A stretch of DNA of 64,000 nucleotides from a virus. The position numbers and the translations under genes are program-made. Each line of letters starts with the position of its first letter. Within the stretch, counting starts at the first letter, position 1. Where the stretch lies: positions 32,001 through 96,000 of the IMG/VR virus record IMGVR_UViG_3300032308_002246. One strand, 5' to 3'. This document shows, one piece after another, positions 1 through 9,614 of this stretch. Under the pieces are notes generated by a model. It made no database searches and was not told the origin of the DNA. It saw nothing but the letters and a program-made list of their open reading frames with translations.

Positions 1-2
1 AT

Positions 3-1124
3 GTTCTTTTCATTCGTGCAAAGAATTGGGCTTCAGGAAATGTTCCTGCATGGCGCGCTAACTCAAACAACTCTATCTACGCAGATGCTTACGAAGAAAT
101 CATGTCAGAACTTTGGAAAGGCTATGACGGAACGGGTGAGCCTTACGGTTTGGTAAACCGAAAGCTTGCACGCCAATATGGTCGTCTTGGTGAGAAGCGT
201 CCAGACCCAACAATCGAGGGCTTTAATCCATGTGCTGAAATTGCACTTGGCGACGGCGAGTCTTGCAACCTTTCAACAATCTTCCTTCCAAACATTGAGT
301 CAGAAGAACAGCTTCACTCCGTGTCAAAGCTTCTCTACATGACACAGAAGCACATTACGCGAATGAACTATCCGTACGAGAAGACGGTAACCATGGTTAC
401 AAAGAACGCACGTCTCGGACAGAGTGTCACCGGAGTTCTTCAGTGTTCAGAAGAACAAATTAGCTGGTTGTCTGGTGGTTACGATTACCTGCGTTCCGTG
501 GACGCAGCCTATTCGTCCGAGCATGATTTTCCTGAGTCGGTGCGTTTGACAACGGTTCAGCCATCAGGAACTCTCTCGTTGCTCCCAGGTGTTACCCCTG
601 GAATCCATCCAGCATTCGCTCCGTACTACATCCGCCGTGTGCGCTTTGGCTCATCCGACCCACTAGTTGACGCTTGTCGCAAGCGTGGCTACAAGGTTGT
701 TTGGGATATCGGTATTGACGGTCGTGAAGACCATACCCGATATGTGGTTGAGTTCCCTTGCAAGTCGCCAGAAACAGCTGTCCTTGCCTCTGCTATGACC
801 GCAATCGAGCAACTTGAGTGGGTAAAGAAAATGCAGACAATTTGGGCAGACAACGCTGTTTCAGTCACGGTTTACTACCGCAAAGAAGAGCTTGAATCAA
901 TCAAGGATTGGCTCTCAAAGAACTACGACAAGGGCGTAAAGTCCGTTTCATTCCTTCTCCACACGGACCACAACTTCCCGTTGCCTCCGTATGAAGAGGT
1001 GTCCAAAGAGGCTTACGAGAAGCTCATTTCAAAAATTGACTTCTTAGTACCCCTCCAAGACGCAGCTTTTGGAGATGCGTTGGCCCTGGATGACTGCTCA
1101 ACAGGTGCCTGCCCAATCAAGTAG
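3..1124 (+). CDS. nrdJ: Class II (adenosylcobalamin-dependent) ribonucleotide reductase, 5'-truncated by the window edge
   Basis: Frame is open from nt 3 (VLFIRAKNWASGNVPAWRANSNNSI...). Motifs GEPYG, NPCAEI, ESCNL, TTVQPSGTLSLL and C-terminal CSTGACPIK are typical of monomeric RTPR-like class II RNRs. Confidence 0.92.
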   Translation, partial: VLFIRAKNWASGNVPAWRANSNNSIYADAYEEIMSELWKGYDGTGEPYGLVNRKLARQYGRLGEKRPDPTIEGFNPCAEIALGDGESCNLSTIFLPNIESEEQLHSVSKLLYMTQKHITRMNYPYEKTVTMVTKNARLGQSVTGVLQCSEEQISWLSGGYDYLRSVDAAYSSEHDFPESVRLTTVQPSGTLSLLPGVTPGIHPAFAPYYIRRVRFGSSDPLVDACRKRGYKVVWDIGIDGREDHTRYVVEFPCKSPETAVLASAMTAIEQLEWVKKMQTIWADNAVSVTVYYRKEELESIKDWLSKNYDKGVKSVSFLLHTDHNFPLPPYEEVSKEAYEKLISKIDFLVPLQDAAFGDALALDDCSTGACPIK

Positions 1125-1173
1125 CTCTTGAATTTTTGAATATTTGCGCCTAGTGTTTAGGCATGGGGCACAA

Positions 1174-1296
1174 ATGAAAAAACTGGTTAAAAAGACTGTA
1201 CAGATTGAGCGTACGCCCCTGCACGGACAAGAGGATATTTCGTATTGGGAAGAAGTTGAAGAAGACGAACCAAAAGACGAAGAAGAGACTTCTTAA
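1174..1296 (+). CDS. Small hypothetical protein (40 aa) missed by the ORF track
   Basis: ATG at 1174 reads MKKLVKKTVQIERTPLHGQEDISYWEEVEEDEPKDEEETS then TAA; it fills the gap between nrdJ and the next gene. Confidence 0.55.
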   Translation: MKKLVKKTVQIERTPLHGQEDISYWEEVEEDEPKDEEETS

Positions 1297-1333
1297 ATAC
1301 GTTGGTGTAGTATTCCAATAGGAGGAAAAGCTG

Positions 1334-2215
1334 ATGGACTTTGAATACGAAGAAATTTACGACTTTATATTCGTTTATAAAAAGCTACTCCCAAATCATC
1401 AAGAGATATATCGCTCACTCAGAGAGAGCAAGGATAGAAACTCTGATAAAAACTTTTATGCCAATTGGACACCTTGGTACACATTTGGCTTTATGGCTTT
1501 GATTCAAGAGGGCAACGGTGACCCAGAGATTTCAAACTTTGAAAGACAGTGTTACCGTGAAACAACACATGCCATCCATGAGGCAATGCGGCACTACCAG
1601 AGAGTAAACGGGATATCAGACCCAAACACGGGTAATGAGCTTCCACTTCTTACAATGCCTGGTCCATGTACATACAAAGAACACTCATCTGACGGCAATA
1701 GCAATGACCCAAAAGCCATGAGTTATCACGTTGACTTCATTCCGGAAACAGTAAATTTTCCAGGAGAAAAGTTCATGATTACATCATGCACCTACCCAAA
1801 TGATGACTACGAGGGTGGCGAGATAGAGTTTTGGGCTGATGGTAAGGCAATAAGGTACAAGCCAAAAGCTGGCGAAATACTCGTTTTCCCTTCTGGTAAC
1901 CCATTATTCCCCGGAGACGGTCGACCATACTTTCACTCGGTATGCGCAACAGGCAGTGGTGAAAAATATCTATTTAGAGCATTTGGCAAATACGAGGACC
2001 CAGTCACACCAGAATGGGAATCTGGTGTTGAAAAACACGGTGAAGAACAATGGAAAAAAATGGTTTGCGGAAATGATAAAAATGCAAAAGATGTTTATTC
2101 AAAAGCCGGACCTGCATTGATGATGTTTGATAAAGGCGTTCCTTCTATTTCACAAGAGCTATTCAAGGCATATAACAGCAATATGGCCGGCGAATACAAA
2201 GTCAGGGGTGCATGA
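1334..2215 (+). CDS. 2OG-Fe(II) oxygenase (prolyl-hydroxylase-like)
   Basis: HxD (YHVD), YPNDDYEGGEIEF, KPKAGEILVFPS, distal His (YFHSV); GGAGG RBS upstream. Confidence 0.85.
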   Translation: MDFEYEEIYDFIFVYKKLLPNHQEIYRSLRESKDRNSDKNFYANWTPWYTFGFMALIQEGNGDPEISNFERQCYRETTHAIHEAMRHYQRVNGISDPNTGNELPLLTMPGPCTYKEHSSDGNSNDPKAMSYHVDFIPETVNFPGEKFMITSCTYPNDDYEGGEIEFWADGKAIRYKPKAGEILVFPSGNPLFPGDGRPYFHSVCATGSGEKYLFRAFGKYEDPVTPEWESGVEKHGEEQWKKMVCGNDKNAKDVYSKAGPALMMFDKGVPSISQELFKAYNSNMAGEYKVRGA

Positions 2216-2793
2216 TGAGCTTGTACAAGGGCAAAAGCGAGCAAGAAAAATTCGCTCTAGCTATGAGCGGCCATAAAAAAGAAGGCTTCTATGTTGAACT
2301 TGGCGCATACCATTCAACAGAAGGAAGCAATACTTATCACATGGAACAAGACTATGAGTGGTCTGGTGTTTCATTTGAAATAGTTGAAGAACGAAGAAAA
2401 GAATTTGAAAAAAACAGAAAAAACCCATGCTTTGGCGATGCACTTGAATTTGATTATTTATCTTATTTCAAAGAAAACAACTTTCCTAAACAAATAGATT
2501 ATCTGCAAGTTGATATTGATGCTGGTTACGACACGAACATCAAGCCTCTAACACCATTTACAACGCTTCTTGGTTTAATCACTCTTCCTCTTACTCAGTA
2601 CAGATTTAATGTAATCGTATTTGAGCACGATGCAAATATGTACTGGAGGATGGAATCCTCTAGAGACGCACAACGAGAGATTCTAGATGGTCTTGGATAC
2701 ACACTGATTTGGAAAGAAGAGCACGAAGACTGGTGGATTGACTGTGGCGCAATTGACCACCAGCTTGCTCGAAAATACTTTTACGAAAACTGA
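2212..2793 (+). CDS. FkbM-like SAM-dependent methyltransferase
   Basis: GFYVELGA..GSNT, IDYLQVDID and IVFEHD motifs; ATGA overlap with the upstream gene. Confidence 0.75.
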   Translation: MMSLYKGKSEQEKFALAMSGHKKEGFYVELGAYHSTEGSNTYHMEQDYEWSGVSFEIVEERRKEFEKNRKNPCFGDALEFDYLSYFKENNFPKQIDYLQVDIDAGYDTNIKPLTPFTTLLGLITLPLTQYRFNVIVFEHDANMYWRMESSRDAQREILDGLGYTLIWKEEHEDWWIDCGAIDHQLARKYFYEN

Positions 2794-2797
2794 TTAC

Positions 2798-3430
2798 ATG
2801 TTTGACACTCTGATAAGAACCGAGTTAGTTGACGCAGACACTCTTCTTGTTCTCAAAAAACATTGCGCTAAGTCGGATTTCTACATAAACGAATCTTACG
2901 GAGGCTTGCCAGCAGAATCAGATGTGAACAGAAATGGATTTACTGATAGGCAGATTAAAGAGCTTGGTCTACCGGCTGTCCCAAATGAGGTTTTACGTGC
3001 ACATCGTTTTATTGATATGAGCGAAGAGGTTAAATTAATTGCATCTGACATAAACAGAAAATGCAAAGAGTTAATTCTTGATGTATACGGCAAAAAACAA
3101 ACCTACATGCAGGGTGGCGATTTTGTCAGATACGGAGTTGGTCAGTCTCTTCCATATCACCAGGATTGGACATTGTCTGAATGGGTGATGAAGCACAATC
3201 TCCCAATCGTTCACTTGTCGTCTGTTTTTTACATAAATGACGACTACGAGGGAGGAGAGCTTCTGTTTTCATCTAAAAAAATGGATGGCTACGACCATGA
3301 TGTTTTATCGTTAAAGCCAAAAGCTGGAACCATCGTGTTTTTTGATGCCCTTCAGTGGCATGCGTCTTCACCAGTTGAAAACGGCTTCAAGTATGCAAGC
3401 ACCAATTTCTACACCCTAGAAGACAAGTAA
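2798..3430 (+). CDS. 2OG-Fe(II) oxygenase
   Basis: YHQD, FYINDDYEGGELLF, KPKAGTIVFF, WHAS..V..GFKY; ATG at 2798 preferred over the overlapping TTG at 2738. Confidence 0.85.
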   Translation: MFDTLIRTELVDADTLLVLKKHCAKSDFYINESYGGLPAESDVNRNGFTDRQIKELGLPAVPNEVLRAHRFIDMSEEVKLIASDINRKCKELILDVYGKKQTYMQGGDFVRYGVGQSLPYHQDWTLSEWVMKHNLPIVHLSSVFYINDDYEGGELLFSSKKMDGYDHDVLSLKPKAGTIVFFDALQWHASSPVENGFKYASTNFYTLEDK

Positions 3431-3452
3431 ATACTGTTACCATTATTAGACT

Positions 3453-4562
3453 ATGACAGTCACACGCGAAACATACAAAGAGTTTATTGGCCGAGTCAGC
3501 TATGGTGATATTGACCCGATTATCAACGCCCCAGAAACAGATTTTGAAGCCATTGACCACATAGTTAAGAACGATAGCGATGTGATATTCACTTGGGACT
3601 ATTCGTTGGTCCGGCCGCAACTCCGAAAACTCTATGAAAAAGCAAAGAATAATCAGTGGAATGGAGAAACCGCACTTGACTGGTCAACAGAAGTTGATGT
3701 TGAGCGTTCTGTTGTTGAGGACTATGCGAACTTTGGCTCAAGTCGTGAGATGTCAATTTATGACGGTAGCCCAGTTGAGAAGTGGGGAGATAAGGAATGG
3801 CTTGAATTTGGTGTCAACAGCAGACGCTGGTTGGTCTCACAGTTCATCCATGGCGAGCAAGCTGCTCTTATGTGTTCCGCAAAGCTCACACAAACGTGTC
3901 CGTGGTACGACGGGAAGCTGTATGCATCGACCCAGGTAATGGATGAAGCCAGACACGTAGAAGTGTTCGCAAAATACGCAAAAGAGAAGCTCGGTGGAAC
4001 TCTGCCATTCAACTGGCACATTCAAAGCCTTGTTGACGACACTATTGCAGATAACCGATGGGATATGACATACCTTGGAATGCAAATAATGGTTGAAGGC
4101 CTTGGCCTCGCTTCAATGGCTTATATGAGAGAACTAACCAATGAGCCACTACTCAAGCAGTTACTGAGAAATGTTATGGCTGACGAAGCACGTCATATCT
4201 CGTTTGGAATTATTTCGCTAAAAGAGATTTACGCAGAAATGAGTGACTCTGAAATCATGGAGCGCCAGCAATTTGCCTACGAAGCAAGCGTAAAACTTGG
4301 TGAGCGAATGCTTCAACAGGAAGTTTACGAGAAAATGGGAGTTAAGACGAAAGACATTGCTCCATACTTATTGAAAGACCCAGCACAAGCTTGGATTCGT
4401 AAAATGTTGGCCGCAAAGATAGTCCCAAATGTAAGCAAACTTGGGTTACTTGACCGAAATGGCGCTTGGCTGCGAAAAAAGTTTGAAGAAATGGGAACCA
4501 TAGAATTTGAAACACTTGGGGATTCAGAAGAAGAGTTTGCAGCTTTCGTACACAGCTACTAA
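3453..4562 (+). CDS. Ferritin-like diiron protein (AurF/N-oxygenase-like)
   Basis: Two E...DEARH metal-binding helix pairs: HGEQ...QVMDEARHVEVF and MVEGLG...ADEARHISFG. Confidence 0.75.
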   Translation: MTVTRETYKEFIGRVSYGDIDPIINAPETDFEAIDHIVKNDSDVIFTWDYSLVRPQLRKLYEKAKNNQWNGETALDWSTEVDVERSVVEDYANFGSSREMSIYDGSPVEKWGDKEWLEFGVNSRRWLVSQFIHGEQAALMCSAKLTQTCPWYDGKLYASTQVMDEARHVEVFAKYAKEKLGGTLPFNWHIQSLVDDTIADNRWDMTYLGMQIMVEGLGLASMAYMRELTNEPLLKQLLRNVMADEARHISFGIISLKEIYAEMSDSEIMERQQFAYEASVKLGERMLQQEVYEKMGVKTKDIAPYLLKDPAQAWIRKMLAAKIVPNVSKLGLLDRNGAWLRKKFEEMGTIEFETLGDSEEEFAAFVHSY

Positions 4563-5209
4563 TGAAAACCCCAGAAGATTTTTCAATAAATCTTGCTTAT
4601 TCTTATGAAAAGCCAGAAGACCTAGCTCGTTACTACGACGATTCTGCTAGCCAGTATGACGATTATGTAAATCAAGTCAAATACATTCTGCACCTAAAGG
4701 TTGCGGCTGAATATGTTATGAATGTTTCAAGCTGGGGAAGAATTCTTGATATTGGCTGTGGAACCGGGTTGCTTGGACAAGCGATTTCAAACATACTTCC
4801 TTCAATGCAAATTGATGGTGTTGATATTTCTACAGAGATGCTTGGGATTGCAAAAGAAAAACAGAATCAAGTACTTAATAGGCCAAGCTATAAAAATTTA
4901 TTTTTGCACGACGTATCAAAAGATTGGTCATTTACCGACACTAGGTATGATGCACTAGTTAGCTCAGGCGTATTCACTAGCGGTCACCTTATGCCAGAGG
5001 ATATTGTTTCTTCATTGAAATTGTTGCTTGGGCGAGGTCTATTCTTATCAAGCATTAAAAAAAATCACTATGAAAAATATGGTTTTGAACAAGTTATTCA
5101 GCAGTTATTTGATGATGGACACATACTAGAGCCCTCTTTTAAAGTTGTAAATTCATATGATTCCGAGTACGATGCTGAATCGGTGATTGTTGCATTTAGA
5201 AAGATATAA
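4562..5209 (+). CDS. Class I SAM-dependent methyltransferase
   Basis: ILDIGCGTG motif I, GVDIS.EML, YDALVSSGVF. Confidence 0.85.
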   Translation: MKTPEDFSINLAYSYEKPEDLARYYDDSASQYDDYVNQVKYILHLKVAAEYVMNVSSWGRILDIGCGTGLLGQAISNILPSMQIDGVDISTEMLGIAKEKQNQVLNRPSYKNLFLHDVSKDWSFTDTRYDALVSSGVFTSGHLMPEDIVSSLKLLLGRGLFLSSIKKNHYEKYGFEQVIQQLFDDGHILEPSFKVVNSYDSEYDAESVIVAFRKI

Positions 5210-5211
5210 AA

Positions 5212-5284
<73 letters not shown>

Positions 5285-5477
5285 CTAAAAATGGAATAGA
5301 TTTATATTTCTCCTATATGTATTTTGTGTATTTTTTAGTGACTGTATTGTAGTTTTATGGGCTATGAAGACCTATATAACAGTTTGTTCGCTTGTAGTCA
5401 TAATTGGATTTTTATCAAGCTGTATGAAAATGCGGGATTAATTTGTAATCTCTTGCTGCCGTTGGTAATCTTTTGTT

Positions 5478-6023
5478 ATGCCCAAGAGTCCAGATATTCA
5501 AAAACTTGTTGATTCTTTGCGGAGATTCACCAAGAACAATTTTGCAATGAGTCTTGTTGAATTTTATGACAAAAATAACTATTTGTCAGAAAAACAATTT
5601 TATGCGGGTAAAAATTTAGTTCGCAAGATGACTGTCAACGAACATGCTTACAGTTGGTCAATTCTTGCCGATGGTGTTTATATTGATTCTGACGAGGATG
5701 AGTCTTTTGTCCAGCTATATAAAGTTTTTTCTTTAAATGGCAAGCGCGTGATTCGCCGTCGAGGCGTAAATTCGCCTTATTGGTCTTCACTTGCGGATAA
5801 CGGGTTTGCCCATCAGCGTATTTTGAAGCTTTTGGGCGATGGTGAGATTCGCATTCTGACATTTGACGAGATGGTGGAGATTGGCCGCAAAACAGGACTT
5901 TGCTGTATTTGCGGGCGTTCTCTGGACGACGAAAAGAGTGTTGAAGCCGGTATTGGCCCTGTTTGCGCAAAGAAGATGCTGAGTGGGGCTGTTCCTGGTC
6001 CTGAGGACGAGAAGAATGTATAA
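5478..6023 (+). CDS. DUF6011-like Zn-finger protein
   Basis: C-terminal CCICGRSLDDEKSVEAGIGPVCAKK matches the CxxCGRxLxDxxSxxxGIGPxC pattern common in actinophages. Confidence 0.7.
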   Translation: MPKSPDIQKLVDSLRRFTKNNFAMSLVEFYDKNNYLSEKQFYAGKNLVRKMTVNEHAYSWSILADGVYIDSDEDESFVQLYKVFSLNGKRVIRRRGVNSPYWSSLADNGFAHQRILKLLGDGEIRILTFDEMVEIGRKTGLCCICGRSLDDEKSVEAGIGPVCAKKMLSGAVPGPEDEKNV

Positions 6024-6036
6024 TTCTTAACAAGCA

Positions 6037-6336
6037 TTGGAGATTCACGTGGATATTCGTCATCAAATACAGGCAATTAACGATACAAACCCAGTACTGG
6101 TTCTTCCAGACTTTGGCTTAGAAGTTAATTATTCTGTAAATTTTACAGTTCAGAACATAAGTGCATCAGCGACCGTTTATATTGGTGGCGATGCTGTTCA
6201 AAGCAATGACTATGGAATCAAACTAGAAGCTGGTGTTATTGCGTCTTTTGACGGGTTCCAACGTAATGCGCAATTGTTTGCAATCACTGACACGGGCTCT
6301 AGTGCAAGCGTCGCCGTTCTTAGAGTCAGCCAGTAG
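6037..6336 (+). CDS. Hypothetical protein (small beta-rich, possibly virion-associated)
   Basis: 99-aa ORF abutting the next gene; TVQN..ATVYIGG..V...YGIKL pattern. Confidence 0.5.
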   Translation: MEIHVDIRHQIQAINDTNPVLVLPDFGLEVNYSVNFTVQNISASATVYIGGDAVQSNDYGIKLEAGVIASFDGFQRNAQLFAITDTGSSASVAVLRVSQ

Positions 6337-7157
6337 TGCCATCAATTTCTATAGGCAATTCCCAGGAAATAAGTATTCTTGGGGGGCGGCATAAGCAACA
6401 TCCGTTTAATGTAAGTATTACATCTCCTTCTGCTCCGGCAGGCCCGCCTCCTCCCCCGCCTCCTCCACCACCTCCTGGAGAGTTTCTTGGAGATGGAACA
6501 TACACAATCTTGACAGGGCCAACGACTTGTGGCTCAATGCTCATTGGCGGCCAATTTAACGGAGCCGTCCTCCAGGTCACCCAAAACAATGCGCTCAACC
6601 TTGGCACTGGCTCATTTACCGTTGAGTGGTGGCAAAACCAGAATAATGTAAACAATCCTTTTGTTCGCCCATTTAGCTTTGGTACCTATCCAACTGCAAC
6701 ACTCGCAGTTTCTTACGAAGGTCCAAACTTTTTTGGATGGTTCCCAAGCGCAACTCCAGTTGGCTCACTTGGAACATACAGGAACCAATGGGTGCACTTT
6801 GCAATTACAAGACTTAATGGTGTAATTAAGGTGTTTAAAAACGGACAACAGATTGGTGGTGATATAGCAAATACCTCTAACATCGTTCATAGCACAGGTT
6901 TGACTATTGCAAACGAGACCACGCCAACTATTGCCGCTCAGTTCGGTGGTTATATAACAAACTTCCACATTATGAAGGCTTCCAAGTATTTAACAAGCTT
7001 CACCCCAGACACGAGCAAGCCAATCCCTCCAACGAGCCAGACCGTGTTACTGCTTGACTGTGACGACCCATCAAATGTGTCCAAAGACTATGTTGGACTT
7101 AACTCAACAAGCACTAGCGATAACTTCTACAACGCAGCAAATCCGTTTGGTTTCTAG
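6336..7157 (+). CDS. LamG/concanavalin-A-like lectin-fold protein with a polyproline linker
   Basis: GSFTVEWW, NQWVHFAITR..GVIKVFKNG, FGGYITNFHI; 11 consecutive Pro near the N-terminus. Confidence 0.8.
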   Translation: MPSISIGNSQEISILGGRHKQHPFNVSITSPSAPAGPPPPPPPPPPPGEFLGDGTYTILTGPTTCGSMLIGGQFNGAVLQVTQNNALNLGTGSFTVEWWQNQNNVNNPFVRPFSFGTYPTATLAVSYEGPNFFGWFPSATPVGSLGTYRNQWVHFAITRLNGVIKVFKNGQQIGGDIANTSNIVHSTGLTIANETTPTIAAQFGGYITNFHIMKASKYLTSFTPDTSKPIPPTSQTVLLLDCDDPSNVSKDYVGLNSTSTSDNFYNAANPFGF

Positions 7158-7166
7158 GTTAAACAT

Positions 7167-7195
7167 TTGACATTTTTCTGAAAGAATGACAGTAT
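7167..7195 (+). promoter_or_regulatory. SigA/sigma70-type promoter for a leaderless transcript
   Basis: TTGACA (7167-7172), 17-nt spacer ending TGA, CAGTAT (7190-7195); ATG at 7203 is 7 nt downstream with no RBS. Confidence 0.65.
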
Positions 7196-7202
7196 CTAAG
7201 CA

Positions 7203-7454
7203 ATGAGCTTTTACACTGGTGATGACATCGTAAATCGTTTGGAAAATAGACTGTTTTGGTCTGACGCTCAAGAAGCCGCCACCGAGATTCAGTTGTTGCG
7301 AAAGATTGCCAATGATTGGAAGCAAACAGCAAAAACTCTTGCGCTAGATTTGGGTCATGCTGAATATGCTCAAGAGGTATACGAAGATATAGCTAGTGGC
7401 CTATACGACAAAGTTCGTGGCCGCATAAGTGAAACAAAGGAAAAAGATGCATGA
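7203..7454 (+). CDS. Hypothetical protein
   Basis: 83-aa ORF directly after the promoter; DDIVNRL...AATEIQLLR pattern typical of small phage proteins. Confidence 0.6.
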   Translation: MSFYTGDDIVNRLENRLFWSDAQEAATEIQLLRKIANDWKQTAKTLALDLGHAEYAQEVYEDIASGLYDKVRGRISETKEKDA

Positions 7455-7743
7455 CATTGACCTGTTAAGCGCAAACACTGAGGTCCCTAGCTTTGATGGT
7501 GCATGCCGGGGAATGCCTACCGACTGGTGGTTCCCAGAAAAAGGCGCAGGCGGAGAAGACAAGTTGAACAACGAAAAAGCTGTTCAGATTTGTAAATCAT
7601 GCAGCTCGCAAACAGAGTGCCTTGACTTCTCGTTAACATTTATGAATCTACAGGGGATTTGGGGTGGGCTCTCACACAGGCAGAGGCAACGTGAGAGGAC
7701 AAAACGTGGGGTAAAGGTAATCCAGGATAGGGTCAAACATTGA
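7447..7743 (+). CDS. whiB: WhiB-family Fe-S transcription factor
   Basis: Four Cys (GAC...ICKSC...EC), DWWFPE and GIWGGLS turn followed by a basic tail; ATG at 7447. Confidence 0.9.
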   Translation: MHDIDLLSANTEVPSFDGACRGMPTDWWFPEKGAGGEDKLNNEKAVQICKSCSSQTECLDFSLTFMNLQGIWGGLSHRQRQRERTKRGVKVIQDRVKH

Positions 7744-7744
7744 T

Positions 7745-8137
7745 ATGAACGAACTATCCACAGCTATACAGCAACTTGCAAAAAAGATAAAGCCTCCTTA
7801 TTATTCGGCCATAGAAGTCGATGAGGGCTGGTATCAGTTGGTTATTGACTGCGATAAAGAGCTTTCAGAGATTGACCCTAAATACGACCTATTCCAGGTG
7901 AAGGAAAAATTTGGTGGTCTTAGATACTATTTTCAATCATCAAATCCTGATGTTAGAGACAAAATGGATTCTGTTGTTGCAAAGTATGAAGAACTTGCAA
8001 GTATTACATGCGAGGCAACCGGTAGACCAGGTGTTTTAATGAAGTCGGTCGGAAACTGGTACAAAACGCTTAGCCCGGATTACGCCGAGAACAGTCTTCA
8101 TTACGCAAAATATACCGAAGTAAAAAAAACTGATTAG
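7745..8137 (+). CDS. Conserved phage hypothetical protein
   Basis: GWYQLV...QVKEKFGGLRYY...CEATGRPG pattern recurrent in phage proteins of unknown function. Confidence 0.65.
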   Translation: MNELSTAIQQLAKKIKPPYYSAIEVDEGWYQLVIDCDKELSEIDPKYDLFQVKEKFGGLRYYFQSSNPDVRDKMDSVVAKYEELASITCEATGRPGVLMKSVGNWYKTLSPDYAENSLHYAKYTEVKKTD

Positions 8138-8778
8138 TTCTCTATAGAACCAATTCGTTTATCTATCCGTACGCTACCGCCAGGGAATACGTTTCGCAGC
8201 ATTTCGCCATCTGCCGTAGTGACCTCCCCACCGTGGATAACTTTTCCTGGACTAAATCCATAACATGAATTAACTACGTCACATACACCAAACATCATGA
8301 TAGAAATTCTCTTGCGTCGCCATTTTGGAGCAGTGATAATCTGCTGAATCATTGGGTCTCCTGCGCGCCAGTTAATCATTCCAGCCCATGTGGAAATGTA
8401 TTCCTTTTCAAGAACTTGAGATGCTTCTGAGCCATCTACAACCGTCCCCCAGGGGTATCTGTCGTCGGCAAACCCAAGGAGAACTAGATGAGCAGGTTGG
8501 GTGTGTCGATTGTCAAGAAGAACATACCAAAGTTTGGTTAGTTCGTTTTCTGGTCCAAAAATTTCCTCGCGGTAATACCTAACAACCAAATGGCCTTCGG
8601 AATCAACCTCTCCCCATCCCCATTCGACCGTGTCTGCAGTGGGCAGTTCTTCACCAGCGCTGTACCAACGTTTTGGTGGCTGCTTATCTAGTCTGTACGA
8701 AAGCCAGCGAACATCAAAGAAGCGGTCGCTAAGTTTATTGCCTGTATCTAAGGCAAATGTTGATGGGAATTTAGCCAT
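8134..8778 (-). CDS. Hypothetical protein, possible GNAT-like C-terminal domain
   Basis: IQQIITAPKWRRKRISIMM resembles acetyl-CoA-binding motif A; followed by IHGGEVTTADG. Confidence 0.45.
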   Translation of the reverse strand: MAKFPSTFALDTGNKLSDRFFDVRWLSYRLDKQPPKRWYSAGEELPTADTVEWGWGEVDSEGHLVVRYYREEIFGPENELTKLWYVLLDNRHTQPAHLVLLGFADDRYPWGTVVDGSEASQVLEKEYISTWAGMINWRAGDPMIQQIITAPKWRRKRISIMMFGVCDVVNSCYGFSPGKVIHGGEVTTADGEMLRNVFPGGSVRIDKRIGSIEN

Positions 8779-8787
8779 CCGGCTATA

Positions 8788-9480
8788 TTAGTCGTTCCAC
8801 CATTCAACCCATGGCTTTTGTGTGGCCGAGGCTGCATCTTCTTTGTCTATGCCAGTGTAGGCAATTGAGATGGTGACCTTTGCGTCATTCTCGTAGTAGC
8901 TCCAGTCGCCACCCACGTTGTAGACAAACAACTGAAGGAATTCGTCTGTGTTCATAACTGCAGCATCCGCGAGGTATGTTCGTTCATTCCACTCTTGTTC
9001 GCTCCAGCTTGAGTTCAGAGCGCGTGATTTTTCAATAGGTGATACAGCAGTGCTTCTAAGGTTCATTACATTGGACCCGAAACCGCCACCCTCTGTGGAG
9101 AATGCACCAATTCTTCCAGCGGCATCGTCTGGATTGCCAAGCCACATTGTGGGCTTAAGGTCCTCGTCCACACTTGCTTGGTATTCAAGGTCTTCAAACG
9201 GGTACACAATGTCACTTGGGTTGTCGTAAATGCTGTGTTGAGTCTTAGAGTTCTTTGTCTTAAAAGCCGCAAGAGCCAAAACTCTGTCAGTTGTCTCAAT
9301 GTCCAAAGTTTCCTCATCACCCTGCCAGAAACCAGCTGTGTCACCGTAAATCGCTTGTGTGGTGAACCACATTGACACAATCTTTACTCTAAATGGGAAT
9401 GACACATTCAAAAAAGATGGGCTGTTGACTTTTACGGTCCAATCGTAGTTAACGATTGATGGTGGGATTATTCCAGACAT
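8788..9480 (-). CDS. Hypothetical protein
   Basis: 230-aa ORF with AAGGAG RBS and an upstream TATAAT; no recognisable motif. Confidence 0.7.
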   Translation of the reverse strand: MSGIIPPSIVNYDWTVKVNSPSFLNVSFPFRVKIVSMWFTTQAIYGDTAGFWQGDEETLDIETTDRVLALAAFKTKNSKTQHSIYDNPSDIVYPFEDLEYQASVDEDLKPTMWLGNPDDAAGRIGAFSTEGGGFGSNVMNLRSTAVSPIEKSRALNSSWSEQEWNERTYLADAAVMNTDEFLQLFVYNVGGDWSYYENDAKVTISIAYTGIDKEDAASATQKPWVEWWND

Positions 9481-9555
9481 TATTGCTCCTTGGCTTAAGT
9501 TTTATTAATTATACAGCTTTATTTTTACAAGAATTGGAACTTTTTTAGCGCTAGG

Positions 9556-9584
9556 TTGCATTAATTGTCTAGTGTGGTTACGCT
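9556..9584 (+). promoter_or_regulatory. SigA/sigma70-type promoter
   Basis: TTGCAT (9556-9561), 17 nt, TACGCT (9579-9584), ahead of the GGAGG RBS of the 9615 gene. Confidence 0.45.
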
Positions 9585-9614
9585 TGCCTCAATCACCAGG
9601 CTAGTGGAGGACAA

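Noticed and set aside
1142-1175. Imperfect inverted repeat ATTTGCGCC...GGCACAAAT after nrdJ as a terminator
   Set aside because: Mismatched stem, no U-tract, and it overlaps the next start codon.
3453-4562. Diiron protein as nrdB/nrdF
   Set aside because: The neighbouring RNR is class II, and the symmetrical DEARH pattern fits AurF-like ferritin proteins better.
5357-5441. Tiny lipoprotein-like ORF MKTYITVCSLVVIIGFLSSCMKMRD (5364-5441)
   Set aside because: Only 25 aa, no RBS, and a competing frame starts at 5357; cannot be supported.
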